The position numbers and the translations under genes are program-made. The notes under the pieces are model-generated. The model worked only from the letters and a program-made list of their open reading frames with translations, was not told where the DNA came from and did not search any database. Shown here piece after piece: positions 61,451-64,000 of a DNA stretch of 64,000 nucleotides. This DNA comes from Euglena gracilis. Its lineage: Eukaryota. The DNA lies in NCBI GenBank assembly GCA_039621445.1, contig CP154954.1:32961455-33025454 (forward strand), in the 5' to 3' direction. The stretch's first letter is position 1. Each line of letters starts with the position of its first letter.

Positions 61451-64000
61451 CTGTTGTGATGTGTTGTGTGTGTGCATATGTAAGTGTCACGATAATCATC
61501 GATCCTTGTTCCAGCATGGGGGTCCAGACCAACCTTGTGGGGAGTCTCAGGGACTTCTCGGCCACCCTGAGCCACCTTCCCCAACGGCCCCCGACAGAAG
61601 GAGGAGGTCTATCTGCCGCCAACGCTGCTGTCCTCCTTCCTCTCATAGCAGAGTAATGGAGCACTCCAGTCCCCCCCCCCAATGAAACATTTCAAGGACA
61701 ATCACGGAGCAACCACTCCCTCCCTTTAAGTTGATAAAGCTCCCAACGTTGGCTGACCCGTGCTTGTGGGGGGGGGGGCTTCCTACCGTGGGGTGACAAT
61801 CCTGAAATGCTGCACCAACCTCCACCCCACCCTAAACCTCACCAGACCCAAACCTCCACCCTGCTTTTGCTTCCAATCGATCATTTGGCCCATGTCGGGC
61901 TGCCATGTGGGATGCCCACCTCCCCTTTGGCTCAGGGCCGAGACCCACAGGGGTCATCACATTGCTGCCGGCGCCTCAAGCTCGACATGCTGACATCTCC
62001 CTGGCAGCCAGGGAATATTTGAAGACAAAACATCTCAAATATTTTGAAGGGTTTTGGGGTAAGATTTTTTAGAAATATATTTCCAAGGGCGGGACAAGAC
62101 ATCGAATGTGTCAAAAATCAAAAAGTCTGAAGGCCCATTTTTTTCGATTTGGGTGGATGCACACTGTTCCAGTGATGCCAGGTTTTTTTTTTGCGGAGCT
62201 GGATTTTTTGTGGAGGTTTTGCAACTTCATTTTGACTCAGTTTGAGGAGAATTTTGCCAGAAAGGTTTTAGGTTTTTTCAAATTTTTTTTGAGTTTTTCA
62301 AAGGCATTTTAAAAATCGCCTGCCTTGTCGCGCCGAACGGCGCAATCCGAGGCATTTGCCCTCTCCGCGCACTGCCAATCTGCTGGTTATTCTGCTGGCT
62401 ACCCAAGGCCGAGGCCAGGGTCCACAACCCGCCCAGAATCGCCAGGAGGGGGGGCGAGCAAGAAAACTGCTGAAAATTTTTGAAGTCAAAAAATTCTGAA
62501 GTGGGAGAATCATCGTCATCCCTTGGTATGTTTTTTGACCCCCTCCTGACTCACACAGTTCTTTTTGGTGGGGAGCAAAAATTTTGGGTCACAAGTTCAT
62601 AACAAAACAGGAATGGTGCATTCAACAGCACGACCCTCAAATAATACCCCCCATGGGCCGGGACTTCGGGCGAATAAATTAACAGGCTGGGGGGGGTTGT
62701 TATTTGGGAGGGGGGTGAACCCTCCTCCAAATAAAACCCCCAAATACCCCCAAATAATACCCTCCCCCCCAAAAATACACCCCCCTCGGGGTCTGACTTT
62801 GGCGACCAAGTTAATAACCCCCCCCCCAGTAATTTGGGGCTGACGACCAGGATTTTAACCTAAAAAATGCCGATAAAAGTGACAATCTCTGACAATAGTT
62901 ACGAGAAGACTATTTTTCTGGATCATCCGTCCAAAATGCTAAATTGTATGAGAAAATGTAAACAAAAAAAACTCCCCAAAGGGGGGTGTTGGGTGCTATT
63001 TTGGGTCCCATGAGGCTTCAAAACTTTCGATTATTTCGATTATTACCCCCTCCAAGTGATCCCCCCGGCCACAATTTCGGACGGAAAAATAACACCCAGG
63101 GGGTATTATTTTGGGGGGTTTACCCATTACACAGGTCTTGGTTTCCCTTTGAAACCCTCGACAGGCAACCTTGGTGTTTGAGGCGACAACCTTGTAAACC
63201 CCTCCCTTGGTTTTCGACCAACGTTCCGAATAATGCTGTTTGTTTCTTTGTCTTTTTTCTCAATGCAGGTTTTTGGAGGCTCAGGGTGATTTTTTAAAGT
63301 GTAATGCTTAGTTTTGAATCCATATGTTTATATGGCAACAAATTTGCTACTGACCACCCCGGGGGGGGGGGGAGGGTAGCAGTGAAATGCACCAGGGACC
63401 ACGTTTCACCGCTTGGCCCCTCACAAGTTTTCTTTCTTGGGAAAATGTAGTATCACTGAAAACGTTTAGGGTTGGGATTTAGGTTTAAGGTTTGGTGAAG
63501 GGTCGGCCAAATTTGAGCCTAAGTTAGACCGCGCTTTCAGCCAAAATTTAAGTCCATTTTGTCCAATTTTGGCCTACCTTTTTTCCTAACATGTTCCCTA
63601 ACCATGCTTTGAACCCTAATCCCAATCTTTAATGGAAGCGGAATTGAAAAAAAAATTTGTGGTGCAAAGTCCAAAAATCGGCGTTGGCCCTAGAAGTAGG
63701 GTTGCTCGCACGTTTCACCACCTAGTTCTGGGGGGGGGGGCAGTGGTGAATTGTTGCCATTTATTTTTGTGTGTTGAGCGTGATTTAATTCAGTTTTTAC
63801 ACGTATAATGCTATGTGTTCTACACATTATTCTATTTCTCGTTGTTATTTGATTGTTTTTTCCCACATTTTTATACACATATGTACATTTGCATGCAGCT
63901 TGCTTCATATCTTTTGTTTTTTTTTGAAAGTACCGCATGTTTATTATCATAAGATTTGATAGATGTGTTGCATGCGCATTGCTTTGGATCAGGCTCTTGG

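Noticed and set aside
63466-63630. TTAGGG-like and CCCTAA-like motifs as a telomere relic
   Set aside because: Only a few degenerate units; more likely part of an inverted repeat element.

Overview
Eukaryotic nuclear DNA, most likely from Euglena or a close euglenid. This is inferred from short GC-rich exons, a mix of GT-AG introns and stem-forming non-GT-AG introns, and MITE- and microsatellite-rich introns. Genes, minus strand unless stated: (1) a ~36-exon LRR + IQ protein resembling LRRIQ1, from 26164 to past the left edge; (2) a 14-exon SNAPC3/SNAP50 homologue, 40725-27460; (3) a 68-aa Cys-rich membrane micro-protein, 44004-43003; (4) a plus-strand, 5'-truncated inverted copy of the LRRIQ1-like 3' end, ~44935-53653; (5) a poorly resolved gene at ~54800-61300. 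Main observation: about 14 non-canonical introns restore the reading frame when cut 3 nt before and 5 (sometimes 6) nt after a terminal stem. The sum 3+5 equals the 8-bp target-site duplication (TSD) of the many CAGG..CCTG-ended hAT-type elements in the same window. One intron (37242-39625) still carries a perfect 8-bp TSD, and another belongs to a MITE family that also occurs free. The window therefore looks like a snapshot of hAT-MITE 'introners' generating euglenid nonconventional introns. All exon structures were read by eye, without RNA data or database searches.
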